Part shown: piece after piece, positions 7,130 through 15,697 of the stretch
Layout: each line of letters begins with the position of its first letter
Numbering within the stretch: the first letter of the stretch is position 1
Assembly: GCA_964373285.1 (NCBI GenBank)
Contig: CAYJTR010000001.1
Coordinates: forward strand, 1-35,015
DNA length: 35,015 nucleotides
Source: an uncultured Methanosarcinales archaeon
GTDB taxonomy: Archaea > Nanobdellota > Nanobdellia > Woesearchaeales > ARS49
Direction: 5' to 3'
Notes under the pieces: generated by a model
The model's database searches: none
The model's input: the letters and a program-made list of their open reading frames with translations, nothing else
What the model was told of the DNA's origin: nothing
Program-made: the position numbers and the translations under genes

Positions 7130-8005
7130 TCACGTTATTACTGCATCTACGCATATTCTGTAAGTTCTTGGCTTTACCTCTCCGCACTTTATTATTCTTA
7201 GAATTTTGCACTTTCTTTTTTCTTTTCTGCATTCTTCAATAATTTTCTTCGCGGATTCTTCGAATTGTTCTGGTGTTGCGAAATCATAAAAGTGCAGCAC
7301 TCCTCCAGTTTTTACTGCTTTTAATGCGGTGTTCAAAAAGTTTTCTCCCCCTTTCGGCAGGGGCATTGCTACTCTGTCAAACTGCCCTATTTTTGGCACT
7401 ATGTTTTTTACGTCGCCTTTTATGAAATCTATTTTTTCTCCTATTTTCTTGTTTAATTTTTTGTTTTCTATCGCGTACTTGTGGCATTCCGGATTTTTTT
7501 CAACTCCTACTATTTTTTCTGGCTTTGAATTTTTCGCTATTACTAGAGGGAATGGTCCCACTCCTGAAAACATTATTAAAACTTTTTCTCCTTCTCTTAC
7601 TTGTTTTGCCAGTCTTAACCTTTCGGTTCCGTATCTTGGTGAGTAGTAGCACTTGTCTATGTTTAGTTTTATTATTGTTCCTGATTCTTTTTGTATTGTT
7701 TCTTTAGTTCTTTTTCCTCCTATTATTTTTGTTTTTCTTGTTCTGAACTCTCCTTTGTGTATTCCTGCTCTTTTTGCCACAGTTTTCACTTGTTTGAATG
7801 TTTCTATTATTTTTCGCGCTATTTCTTTCTCTTTCCTCTCCAGCTCTTTTGGAACTTCTATTATTGCTATTTCTCCTATCACGTCGAAGCTCGCAGACAT
7901 TTTTTTCATTTCTCTTGTAGTTATTATTTTTCTGAGTATTTCGTGCAGCGGTCTCATGGGCGGTGTTATTCTGCGCTCTTTTTTTAAATGTGCCTGTCTT
8001 TTCAT
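7130..8005 (-). CDS. trm5: tRNA (guanine37-N1)-methyltransferase Trm5 family (Met-10+ like)
   Basis: FDVIGEIAIIEVPKEL, YYSPRYGTERLRLA and the SAM-binding VLIMFSGVGPFPLVIA. The start could instead be MRPLHEIL at 7957. Confidence 0.8.
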   Translation of the reverse strand: MKRQAHLKKERRITPPMRPLHEILRKIITTREMKKMSASFDVIGEIAIIEVPKELERKEKEIARKIIETFKQVKTVAKRAGIHKGEFRTRKTKIIGGKRTKETIQKESGTIIKLNIDKCYYSPRYGTERLRLAKQVREGEKVLIMFSGVGPFPLVIAKNSKPEKIVGVEKNPECHKYAIENKKLNKKIGEKIDFIKGDVKNIVPKIGQFDRVAMPLPKGGENFLNTALKAVKTGGVLHFYDFATPEQFEESAKKIIEECRKEKRKCKILRIIKCGEVKPRTYRICVDAVIT

Positions 8006-9034
8006 CTACCCAAAGAATTGTGCCAGTCCCTGTTGGCTTGTCGTTTTTCCTATTTTTGTTATTGTGTCTTCAACTCTTTCTTTTGAGAACTCGTGTTCTT
8101 CTACCAGTATTTCCATTATTTTTTGTGCGTTTACTTTTTTTGGCTGTATGGTGTACTCTGTTGTTACTGGTATGTTTTTGAATGTGTTCATTATTTCTTT
8201 CCATGGTGTTTTGGAGTGTTTTTCCCATTCTGTTTTTCTGAATAATTCCTCAAAGTTTTTACCGTTTTCCTTGACTAATTTCAGCGCAGTTTTTGACCCT
8301 ATTCCTTTGACTCCTGCGGGTTCGTAATCTGTTCCTACTAGTATTGATAGTGCTATTAATTGTTCTCTGTCTATTCCTAAATTGTTGAGCACGTCTTTTG
8401 CATGATATATTTCTGGTGTGACATTTTCGTATGATAATTTTCCTGCTTTTTTCTTTTTTCCGCTTATTGCTAAATTTCTTACCAATCTTTCCGCTCCGAA
8501 TAGTATCGCGTCTGAGTCTTGTGATGCTACTGCCCACGCATCTCCCTTTATTGTCATGTGTGCCGCTTGCGCCTCGGCTTCTGATGGCGCCTGAACCGTT
8601 GGAACCCCCATTGCTCGCAGTAATTCTTTTGCTTCCATAATTATTTCCATTGTCAATACTGCTGTTCTTGACGCGTACTTTTTCATTTCTTCAATATTTC
8701 CTCTTATTATTGCCTGTTCATATTTTTCTTTTGCTTCTTCTTTCATCGCTTTTCTTTCTTCTCTGACTTTCTTTTTTAGTTCTGGAGGTTTTCCGTCGAA
8801 CACGTATACTGGTTTTATTCCTCTTTCCAGCCATTGTGCCGTTCTTGAAAATAGTCCTACCAAGTGTGAAGTTGTTCTTCCTTTGGAATCTGTTAGCGGC
8901 GTTCCGTCTCTTTGCCTTATTGATGCTAGGAATTGGTGCAAGTATAGTGACGCGTCAACTGCCAGAGTTTTTCCTTCTAACTCTTTCCAAGTTATGCTTT
9001 TTGGTTGCAGTATATCGAATATTTTTACTCCCAT
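8006..9034 (-). CDS. fen: Flap endonuclease 1
   Basis: MGVKIFDIL...LAVDASLYLHQFLASIRQRDGTPLTDSKGRTTSHLVG, SEAEAQAAHM and SQDSDAILFG are canonical FEN1/XPG N and I regions. Confidence 0.92.
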   Translation of the reverse strand: MGVKIFDILQPKSITWKELEGKTLAVDASLYLHQFLASIRQRDGTPLTDSKGRTTSHLVGLFSRTAQWLERGIKPVYVFDGKPPELKKKVREERKAMKEEAKEKYEQAIIRGNIEEMKKYASRTAVLTMEIIMEAKELLRAMGVPTVQAPSEAEAQAAHMTIKGDAWAVASQDSDAILFGAERLVRNLAISGKKKKAGKLSYENVTPEIYHAKDVLNNLGIDREQLIALSILVGTDYEPAGVKGIGSKTALKLVKENGKNFEELFRKTEWEKHSKTPWKEIMNTFKNIPVTTEYTIQPKKVNAQKIMEILVEEHEFSKERVEDTITKIGKTTSQQGLAQFFG

Positions 9035-9041
9035 GATTTCT

Positions 9042-10037
9042 TCACACGGTTTTGAACATTAGCCCTTTAAATTTCTTTTCTAATTGTTCTTCTAATCCTT
9101 TGTCCAGTGTTCCTGTTGTTGCGTATAGCACGGGCATCTTTCTTGATTGTCCTTCTACGTATGCAACGCTTAGGTCTGCATCGTTGATTTTCTTTTTTTC
9201 TTTTGCTTTGCAGTAAAATTTCATTGTTCCTATTGGTGTTTGTAATTGTATTGTTAAATCATATTCTTTGCCTTCTTTTATCGTGTTGCTTTCAATTATT
9301 TTTATGTTTTCTTTTGTGAAATACTTTTTTAGTGTTGCTGAGAATTGTGAGCTGTCCATTTGTTGATTTGTTTGAGGTTGCGCCTCCGTTTTTTTCTGCG
9401 TTTTTAACAATTCTTCTTGGGTTCCTGTTTGCGCTTTTTTTTCTTCAGTTATTTTTTGTTGTGTTTCCGGCATTTTTATTTTTGGTTTTCTTCCCGGCTT
9501 TTTCTTTGTTTGTACTGTTGTTTCCTGCTTTTTTTCTTTTATTGGCTCTTCTGAAATTTTTGTTGGTTGTTCTTCTATGTCCTTTTTTCCTTGGACTAAT
9601 TCTAATATTATTTTTTCTGCGGAAGAATCAGGTATCAAATACCATTTCCAGAATACTTCTTTAATATTGCCTATTGTCACATCCAATGGTATCGCATAAT
9701 CTTTCAATCCTTGGAATGCCACTCTTGCTACCGGCGATAGCGACCCGTCTCTTACTATTCTCGAATTTTTTAGGAATTGCAGTGCTTCTCTTTCTACTTG
9801 TTTTAGCGTGTGTATGTATTGTTCCAGCACTTCTGGTTTTGACGGGTCGTAGTATAATGGTGATGATCCTATTTTTATGTGTGATATTTTTACGAGTCCT
9901 CTTTCTGACATTTCTGACAGCATTGCTGAAGCTATCATAGAATCTATTTTTAGTTCTGTTGCCACTTGTGCCGGCAGTATTGCAATTTTTAATTTTAGTA
10001 GTGACAATATTTTGTCCCTGTACTCTATCGCCGCCAT
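9042..10037 (-). CDS. Hypothetical DNA-binding protein: N-terminal winged-helix repeats, K/E/Q/T-rich linker, compact C-terminal domain
   Basis: The N-terminus ILSLLK...LPAQVATELKIDSMIASAMLSEMSERGLVKISHIKIGSSPLYY looks like a winged helix. Residues of about 165-235 are low complexity. It is the first gene of an apparent operon with fen and trm5. Confidence 0.55.
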   Translation of the reverse strand: MAAIEYRDKILSLLKLKIAILPAQVATELKIDSMIASAMLSEMSERGLVKISHIKIGSSPLYYDPSKPEVLEQYIHTLKQVEREALQFLKNSRIVRDGSLSPVARVAFQGLKDYAIPLDVTIGNIKEVFWKWYLIPDSSAEKIILELVQGKKDIEEQPTKISEEPIKEKKQETTVQTKKKPGRKPKIKMPETQQKITEEKKAQTGTQEELLKTQKKTEAQPQTNQQMDSSQFSATLKKYFTKENIKIIESNTIKEGKEYDLTIQLQTPIGTMKFYCKAKEKKKINDADLSVAYVEGQSRKMPVLYATTGTLDKGLEEQLEKKFKGLMFKTV

Positions 10038-10060
10038 AGTATTGGTTTTTGTGTTCAGAC

Positions 10061-10070
10061 TTATATATAT
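10061..10070 (-). promoter_or_regulatory. TATA box (ttatatatat) for the 9042-10037/fen/trm5 operon
   Basis: Lies 24-33 nt upstream of the ATG at 10037, consistent with a leaderless transcript. Confidence 0.5.
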
Positions 10071-10089
10071 TTGTGTAATGGAAAAGTAT

Positions 10090-10617
10090 TTACAATCTTA
10101 CCCATTCGCTTTCCCAATAGCTTACTTCCCCTTGGTCATCTATTATCGCCAGCAGTAATTTTTTCTTTACTGAGTGTGCCACCCTGTTTTTTGCCGAGTA
10201 TTCTCTCCACGTTAGTTTTTCTCCTTCTCTTGCTGTGTATACTATCCATTTTGAGTGTTCTTGCCCCGGTTTTTTTCCCTTGCTGTAAACCCTGAAGTCT
10301 GCTCCGAATTTTAGCGCCGTTTGCACAATGAACCCTCTGTTTCTCATGTCTTTGTATACAGCGTACCTTTCATCAAACTTTTGCTCTTTTCTTCTTCCAA
10401 TTTTTAATATTTCTTCTTCTGATATCTTTTTTCCTTCTTTGTCTAGAACTATTATTTTTTCTCTTTCAAGCAGGTGTGCCGCTTCGTGAAGTGCTAGTTG
10501 GAGTCTTCCGTCCGGCAATATCGCTCCGTAGCCTGATTCTTTGTTTAGCTCTTTTGCTTGAGCGGAATTTTCTGTTACCGCACATTTTCCTTCAATCCAC
10601 GATTTAATTCTTTCCAT
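10090..10617 (-). CDS. endA: tRNA-splicing endonuclease
   Basis: LQLALHEAAHLLEREKIIV, YAVYKDMRNRGFIVQTALKFGADFRVY and HSKWIV are typical EndA motifs. Confidence 0.85.
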   Translation of the reverse strand: MERIKSWIEGKCAVTENSAQAKELNKESGYGAILPDGRLQLALHEAAHLLEREKIIVLDKEGKKISEEEILKIGRRKEQKFDERYAVYKDMRNRGFIVQTALKFGADFRVYSKGKKPGQEHSKWIVYTAREGEKLTWREYSAKNRVAHSVKKKLLLAIIDDQGEVSYWESEWVRL

Positions 10618-10638
10618 GGGCCGTTCTTGGCGGGAAGG

Positions 10639-10646
10639 TTTAAAAA
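10639..10646. promoter_or_regulatory. Single central TATA element (tttaaaaa) shared by divergent endA and rnz
   Basis: The intergenic spacer is only 50 bp. The box is centred at 10642.5, exactly midway between the two ATGs (10617 and 10668) and 22-29 nt from each. Confidence 0.45.
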
Positions 10647-10667
10647 CGTTTGTGATATTGGCATTTT

Positions 10668-11558
10668 ATGGAGCTTACTTTTCTTGGAACTTCGTCTATG
10701 ATTCCTTCAAGGGAGCGCAATCACCCTGCTGTTTTTTTGGAGTTTAACGAGCATGGTTTATTGTTTGATTGCGGTGAGGGCACTCAGAGGCAGTTTAAGA
10801 TTGCTAATATTCGTTTGACAAAAATTTCTAAGATTTTTATTACTCATTGGCATGGCGATCACGCGTTGGGTGTTGGCGGCTTGCTCCAGACTTTGGGCGC
10901 TTCCGACTATTCTGGGACTTTGGAATTGTACGGGCCTCCGGGCACTGAGGAGCATTTGTACCACCTCTTCAAAGCCATCCCTTTTAGCTTCAGGGTTGAT
11001 TTTGTTGTTAGGGAGGTTGGTAATGGTGTTGTTTTTGAAAATTCTGATTTTGTTGTGGAGGCCGCGCTTCTTGATCATGGAACTCCTTGTTATGCTTACT
11101 CTTTCAGGGTTAAGGACAAGAGGGCCATTGATATGGACAGGGTTATGTCCCTAAAAATTCCTGTAGGCCCTCTTATTGGGAAGCTTCAGTTGGGGGAGCC
11201 CGTGAGTGTTAATGGTTCTGTGATAACTCCTGATGATGTTTCTTCTTTGAAGAGAGGGAAAAAAATTGTTTATCTTACTGATACCCGTTTGTGTTCTTCT
11301 TGTTATAATATTTCTGAAGGTGCGGATATTCTTATATGCGAGAGTTCTTTTACTGAGGAGGAGAAGGATAAAGCTGAGGAGTACAAGCATCTTACCGCTC
11401 AACAGGCCGGGCTTATTGCTAGTAAGAGCGGCGCGAAAAAATTATTCTTGTTTCATATTAGTGGCAGGCATGCTGACACTTCTGTTGTTCTTGAAGAGGC
11501 GAAGATTGTTCATCATGATTCTCATATCGCTCAGGATTTTATGAGGTTGAAGCTGTAA
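10668..11558 (+). CDS. rnz: Ribonuclease Z (tRNA 3' endonuclease)
   Basis: MELTFLGTSSMIPSRERNHPAVFLEF...LFDCGEGTQRQ, the ITHWHGDHALG (HxHxDH) motif, about 296 aa. Confidence 0.9.
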   Translation: MELTFLGTSSMIPSRERNHPAVFLEFNEHGLLFDCGEGTQRQFKIANIRLTKISKIFITHWHGDHALGVGGLLQTLGASDYSGTLELYGPPGTEEHLYHLFKAIPFSFRVDFVVREVGNGVVFENSDFVVEAALLDHGTPCYAYSFRVKDKRAIDMDRVMSLKIPVGPLIGKLQLGEPVSVNGSVITPDDVSSLKRGKKIVYLTDTRLCSSCYNISEGADILICESSFTEEEKDKAEEYKHLTAQQAGLIASKSGAKKLFLFHISGRHADTSVVLEEAKIVHHDSHIAQDFMRLKL

Positions 11559-11559
11559 T

Positions 11560-11985
11560 ATGATTAATAGGAAGGCCAAGGGTTCTAATGCTGAAAGAGA
11601 ACTTATTAAAAAGTTTTGGGGCACTAATTCTTGGGCGGCTTTGAGGGTTGCTGGCTCCGGAGTTTCAAGATTTCCTTGTCCTGATATTATTGCTGGTAAT
11701 GGTTCTAGATTTATCGCTATCGAGTGCAAAAGTGTTAGTGGTAATTCTATACGTGTCGAGCGTAAACAGCTCGATGACTTGAAATTTTTTGCAAAACTCT
11801 TTGGCGCGGAGGTTTGGATAGGCGCAAGGTTTGTTAAGGATTTAACCAATGATTCTCATGGTGAGGGATGGTTTTTTTTTAGTGTTGAAGATCTTGAAGA
11901 GTCTCCTCGCGGTTTTTCTATATCTCTTGGGAGGGCTTCTTATAAGGGTTTGAGTTTTGATGAACTTTTGTCGTTGAGAAAGTGA
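11560..11985 (+). CDS. hjc: Holliday junction resolvase Hjc
   Basis: KAKGSNAERELIKKF, LRVAGSG and PDIIAGNGSRFIAIECKS (PD-ExK core). Starts 1 nt after the rnz stop. Confidence 0.85.
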   Translation: MINRKAKGSNAERELIKKFWGTNSWAALRVAGSGVSRFPCPDIIAGNGSRFIAIECKSVSGNSIRVERKQLDDLKFFAKLFGAEVWIGARFVKDLTNDSHGEGWFFFSVEDLEESPRGFSISLGRASYKGLSFDELLSLRK

Positions 11986-12005
11986 GTGCTTCAGTGCCCG
12001 AACCA

Positions 12006-12012
12006 TTTTTTT
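12006..12012 (+). terminator. T7 run after hjc
   Basis: ccatttttttctg lies 20 nt after the hjc stop. Confidence 0.4.
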
Positions 12013-12040
12013 CTGCCGTCGCCCGAATTTTTTGACCGTC

Positions 12041-12052
12041 AATATTATAAAC
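12041..12052 (+). promoter_or_regulatory. TATA box aatattataaac
   Basis: Lies 22-33 nt upstream of the ATG at 12074, consistent with a leaderless transcript. Confidence 0.5.
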
Positions 12053-12073
12053 TCTTAGGTTTTTCCTTTGTTC

Positions 12074-12652
12074 ATGATTACTGCTAGGTGTATTATAGAA
12101 ATGCTTGGATCTCCTGCTGATTATTTGGATAAAACTATGAGGTCTTATATTGATAGGTTGAGTGGCGTGAAGGGTTTGAAAGTTGTTGATTTTAAAATTG
12201 CTGATGTTATCCCTAAGGAGAGTCTTTTTTCCACTTTTGCCGATTTGGAGATTTCTTTCGATGATGTCGCGCGCCTCCTTGATTTTTGCATCGAGTCTAT
12301 GCCTTCCAGTGTTGAAATTCTTGATCCTGTAACTGTTTCTCTGGATAGGGATGTTCTTTCTAATTTTATTAATGATCTTCAGGCAAAGCTTCATACTGTT
12401 GATATGGATTTGAAGCTTTTGACTGCCAAGGCCGCCGTTCTTGACAGGAATAGTATGATGATTTTTAGGAATTTTGTTGTTCACGCTTTGAAGAGTAGGC
12501 CTATGACTTTGGGAGAAATTTCTAATATTGTTGGTGTTAATGATGATGATTTGGTGCCTTTCATTGATAGGATGCTTGAGCAAAAATTGATTTTTAAGGA
12601 AAAAGGGGTTTACAAAAGTGGAGAAAAAAGAGGAATTGTTGAAGATAGTTGA
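12074..12652 (+). CDS. Hypothetical protein with C-terminal winged-helix-like domain, translationally coupled to scpB
   Basis: 192 aa. The C-terminus ALKSRPMTLGEISNIVGVNDDDLVPFIDRMLEQKLIFKEKGVY looks like a winged helix. It overlaps the scpB start by 35 nt. I recognised no ScpA N-terminal motif. Confidence 0.55.
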   Translation: MITARCIIEMLGSPADYLDKTMRSYIDRLSGVKGLKVVDFKIADVIPKESLFSTFADLEISFDDVARLLDFCIESMPSSVEILDPVTVSLDRDVLSNFINDLQAKLHTVDMDLKLLTAKAAVLDRNSMMIFRNFVVHALKSRPMTLGEISNIVGVNDDDLVPFIDRMLEQKLIFKEKGVYKSGEKRGIVEDS

Positions 12653-13856
12653 GGCCATTCTTTTCGCTTCGGGCAAATGGCTTTCTTTGGATGAGATTTC
12701 TTCTCTTTCCAGGGTCAGGAATCTTGATGATGTTAAGGGCGCGCTTTTGAAATTGAAGGAGGAATATTCTGTCAGGGGTGGCGCGGTATTTCTTGAGAAC
12801 GAGGATGATTTGTGGAAGCTTCACGTTGTTCCAGAGTGTATTCCTTATATTAGGAGGATTGTTACTAGGACAGAGCTTTCTAAGACTGTTCTTGAAACTC
12901 TGGCGATTATTGCTTCTAAGGCTCCGGTGTTGCAGTCGGATGTCGTCAGGATTAGGACTAATAAGGCTTATGATCATTTGTCTCTGCTTGAGGAGTCTGG
13001 TTATATTTCTAGGAAGAAGCATGGCAGGACTAAGATTATTAATATCGCAGAAAAATTTTTTGATTATTTTGATATTTCTAGGAATGATGTTTCTGCGCGT
13101 TTTCAAAAGGTTAAAGATTTGGAGAGGGATGTTAGGGAGAAGGAGCTTTTTATTAAACAGCGTCAGGCAGAGCTTCAGGTTAAGAGTGCAGAACTGAAGC
13201 TTGCCGAGGATGATAGAAAAGTGCAGTTGTCTAAGGATGTTGAATTGTTGTCTAGGGAAATTGATGATTTGAAGAAGAAAGTTTCTTCTTTGCCCGTCCC
13301 GGATATTTCTTCTGAAATGCTTGGGGTGTTGGAGGTTGTAGACTTGGGTAAAACTTCTGAGCCGGTGGCTGGAGAAAATTCTTCTCAAAATGCTGATTCT
13401 TCCTCCGGTGCTTCGGAGCAATCTGTTCAACATTCTTACTCTCAACAGCCCACTCCTGATACTTCAGAAGGTGTCGTTACAGAAACTTCTGTTCAGGATT
13501 CTGGCAATGAACCGCCCAAAAAAATTTCTGTTAATAAATCTGGGGAAAATTCATCCGACACAGAACTTTCTGAAGACTCGGCACTCTCAAATGTTTCTGT
13601 TAATAAAACTGTTGAGCCCCAATTTGAAAAAAAGGCGGAGAAAGTTGCAATTGTTGATAACATTATTGAAGAAAAACATTTGACTCTCGCGGAACGCTTG
13701 GAGGTTGAAGCTTTGCAGAAGGCCCGGCAGTCAGAATCAAAAACTGGTGCAGGTATTTTTTCTAAGGGTGTACCTAAAGAGGCTGAAGAAATTATTGACA
13801 AAAAAGCAAAGAATATTCTTGGTGGTGTTGAAGAAACCGGCGAGAATAGTTCCTGA
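12618..13856 (+). CDS. scpB: Segregation and condensation protein B (ScpB) with a C-terminal extension of about 230 aa
   Basis: The N-terminus LLKIVEAILFASGKWLSLDEIS and the second winged helix ETLAIIASKAPVLQSDVVRIR...LLEESGYISR are canonical ScpB. They are followed by a coiled coil and an S/E/P-rich tail. The start codon is GTG. Confidence 0.8.
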   Translation: MEKKEELLKIVEAILFASGKWLSLDEISSLSRVRNLDDVKGALLKLKEEYSVRGGAVFLENEDDLWKLHVVPECIPYIRRIVTRTELSKTVLETLAIIASKAPVLQSDVVRIRTNKAYDHLSLLEESGYISRKKHGRTKIINIAEKFFDYFDISRNDVSARFQKVKDLERDVREKELFIKQRQAELQVKSAELKLAEDDRKVQLSKDVELLSREIDDLKKKVSSLPVPDISSEMLGVLEVVDLGKTSEPVAGENSSQNADSSSGASEQSVQHSYSQQPTPDTSEGVVTETSVQDSGNEPPKKISVNKSGENSSDTELSEDSALSNVSVNKTVEPQFEKKAEKVAIVDNIIEEKHLTLAERLEVEALQKARQSESKTGAGIFSKGVPKEAEEIIDKKAKNILGGVEETGENSS

Positions 13857-13863
13857 GCATTTT

Positions 13864-14781
13864 TCAGTCCGTTGGGAGTATTACTACATTTTTTTGTATG
13901 CTTGTTCTGTATCCGTATCTTACTTTTATTTTGAACTGGTCTGTGAATTCTGTTGTTTGTGTTGTTTCGTAAGTGCACCTCATTTGCCCTCTCCCTCCTA
14001 TTAATCTTAGTGTTTTGTCATTTCCCAGTCCCGTGCATTGTATTGTAGTGCCTCCAATACTAACGTCTTCTACTTGAACAACGTTTAGACTGTTGTATGA
14101 TGCTCTTTGAGTGTTGTAAGGGTTGCAGTACGCCAGCGATTCTCTTCTGTACACGTCTCCTCCTCCAGTGTTTGACACTGTTATCGTCAGTCTTGTTTTT
14201 CCTCTGGCTGGTTCTGTTTGTACTCCCGTTATTTTTACTGGCGCGCCTTGGGCTCCCAGCGTTACGCTTCCCGGGGTGCAGCTTTTCTTTCTAGTGCTTG
14301 TCGTGAACGGGTCCGGGTCTATGCATATTGTTCCTCCGGCTTCTGTTGAGTACTCGTAGCATGCTGTCGCTGTCAGCGGTATCTGGTACTCGTTTTGCGT
14401 TTCCAGGTCTGCTATTGTTCCCGTTATGCTTACTAAATCTTTGCCTCCGCTGTTGTATCTCGTTTGCGCGTCTAATTTTGGTATTTGTATGCCGTTGTAA
14501 AAATCTCCGCTTATTCTTTCTCTCGAGAATCCTGAAAAGTATATTCTGTCAGTGCTTGACCCTATTTCGTTCGCTCCCAAATTTTCTACTTCTACCGCTA
14601 TCTCGAATGGCTGGTCTTCGTATATCCTGTTTGGCGGCACGTTTGGTGTCCATTTTATGCTTAATCCGTTGCCTCCGATGCCTCCTCCCGCAGCTCCTTC
14701 GCCTCTGTCACCCGTCGTACAACCCGCCATTATCAGGGTTGCGAAAATCGCGATTATCACCAGTATATGCTTGTTTTTCAT
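13864..14781 (-). CDS. Exported lipoprotein-like protein with two CARDB/Ig-like beta-sandwich segments (paralog A)
   Basis: Signal peptide ending IMAGC (lipobox-like). VEVENLGANE and ITVSNTGGGDV resemble CARDB-type motifs. Conserved Cys positions are shared with 14786-15697. Confidence 0.7.
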   Translation of the reverse strand: MKNKHILVIIAIFATLIMAGCTTGDRGEGAAGGGIGGNGLSIKWTPNVPPNRIYEDQPFEIAVEVENLGANEIGSSTDRIYFSGFSRERISGDFYNGIQIPKLDAQTRYNSGGKDLVSITGTIADLETQNEYQIPLTATACYEYSTEAGGTICIDPDPFTTSTRKKSCTPGSVTLGAQGAPVKITGVQTEPARGKTRLTITVSNTGGGDVYRRESLAYCNPYNTQRASYNSLNVVQVEDVSIGGTTIQCTGLGNDKTLRLIGGRGQMRCTYETTQTTEFTDQFKIKVRYGYRTSIQKNVVILPTD

Positions 14782-14785
14782 TTTA

Positions 14786-15697
14786 TCACGTTTTTTTTAT
14801 CACGATTTTTTGCGTCGTGATATCGTAGTACCCGTATGCCAGGTTTATAATTATTTGGGCTGTGTGGGTTCCTTCACTTTTTGGTATTCCCTGCTCGTAC
14901 TTGCACGTTATTGTTGTCGTTCCTTCATCTATTTTTATGCTTGCCTCTCCCGCCGCTTTTTCTCTACCGCACGTCAGCATTCTTCCTTTGTGGTCTATGA
15001 ATGCTTCCATTAATATCCTGTTTTCTTGGGACTTCTCGCTTGTGCTCATGCACGCGTTTAGCACCGTGCTCGGCTCTAATATTATTCCTTTGCCTTTGTT
15101 TTGTATTTTTATAGTTATTATTGGTATTACCATTTCTCCGTCTGTCGGTGTTGTTGTTGTTTCAACACTTGTTATGGCTAGCGGTCCTCCTTGGCCTCCA
15201 AGGCTTACTGTTCTTTCTCTGCATTCTGGTTTTGCATCGTCGGGCATTTGTATGCATACTGTTGGGCTCGCTGTTGTTTTGTACTGGTAGCACGTGCTTG
15301 CTGATATTGTTGCTGGTATGTCTTTTTTCTCGCTTGTCAGCTCTCTGACTTTTACGTCGAATGTGTAAACTATTTGTTCTCCTATTGGCTGGTCTATGCT
15401 TCTTCCTTCCAGAAATAATTCTTTTTGTCGGTCTCTTTGTATTTCTATGAATTGTTCCGGAACGTTTAGCACCAGCACCCCGTGATTGACCGTGCCAGCT
15501 CCCCTGTTTTCTACATCCACATTTATAGTTCCTGCCGTGCCTTCATATAATACATTGTTGTTTCCCGCAGTTATTTTCGCGTATAACCCCTGAGTTCCTT
15601 TTTCTACTTGCGTATTTCTTGTTTGCAACCCGCATGATGCAGTCAATAATAGCAATAGTGCCATTATCAAAATTAGCGAGTTTTTGTTATTTTTCAT
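14786..15697 (-). CDS. Exported lipoprotein-like protein (paralog B of 13864-14781)
   Basis: Signal peptide ending LTASC. It aligns with paralog A at VDVENRGAGT, CYQYKTTASPTVCI, CRERTVSLGGQGGPLAITSVE, IKIQNKGKG and the C-terminal AYGYYDITTQKIVI. Confidence 0.7.
   Translation of the reverse strand: MKNNKNSLILIMALLLLLTASCGLQTRNTQVEKGTQGLYAKITAGNNNVLYEGTAGTINVDVENRGAGTVNHGVLVLNVPEQFIEIQRDRQKELFLEGRSIDQPIGEQIVYTFDVKVRELTSEKKDIPATISASTCYQYKTTASPTVCIQMPDDAKPECRERTVSLGGQGGPLAITSVETTTTPTDGEMVIPIITIKIQNKGKGIILEPSTVLNACMSTSEKSQENRILMEAFIDHKGRMLTCGREKAAGEASIKIDEGTTTITCKYEQGIPKSEGTHTAQIIINLAYGYYDITTQKIVIKKT

Noticed and set aside
7653-8327. A long antisense ORF (224 aa) opposite trm5/fen. Similar cases are 11918-12676, 12594-13445, 18153-18803 and 24517-25452.
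   Set aside because: These are shadow ORFs of well-supported genes on the other strand. Their F/L/S/C-rich or R/N/K-rich low-complexity translations are a by-product of the strand skew.
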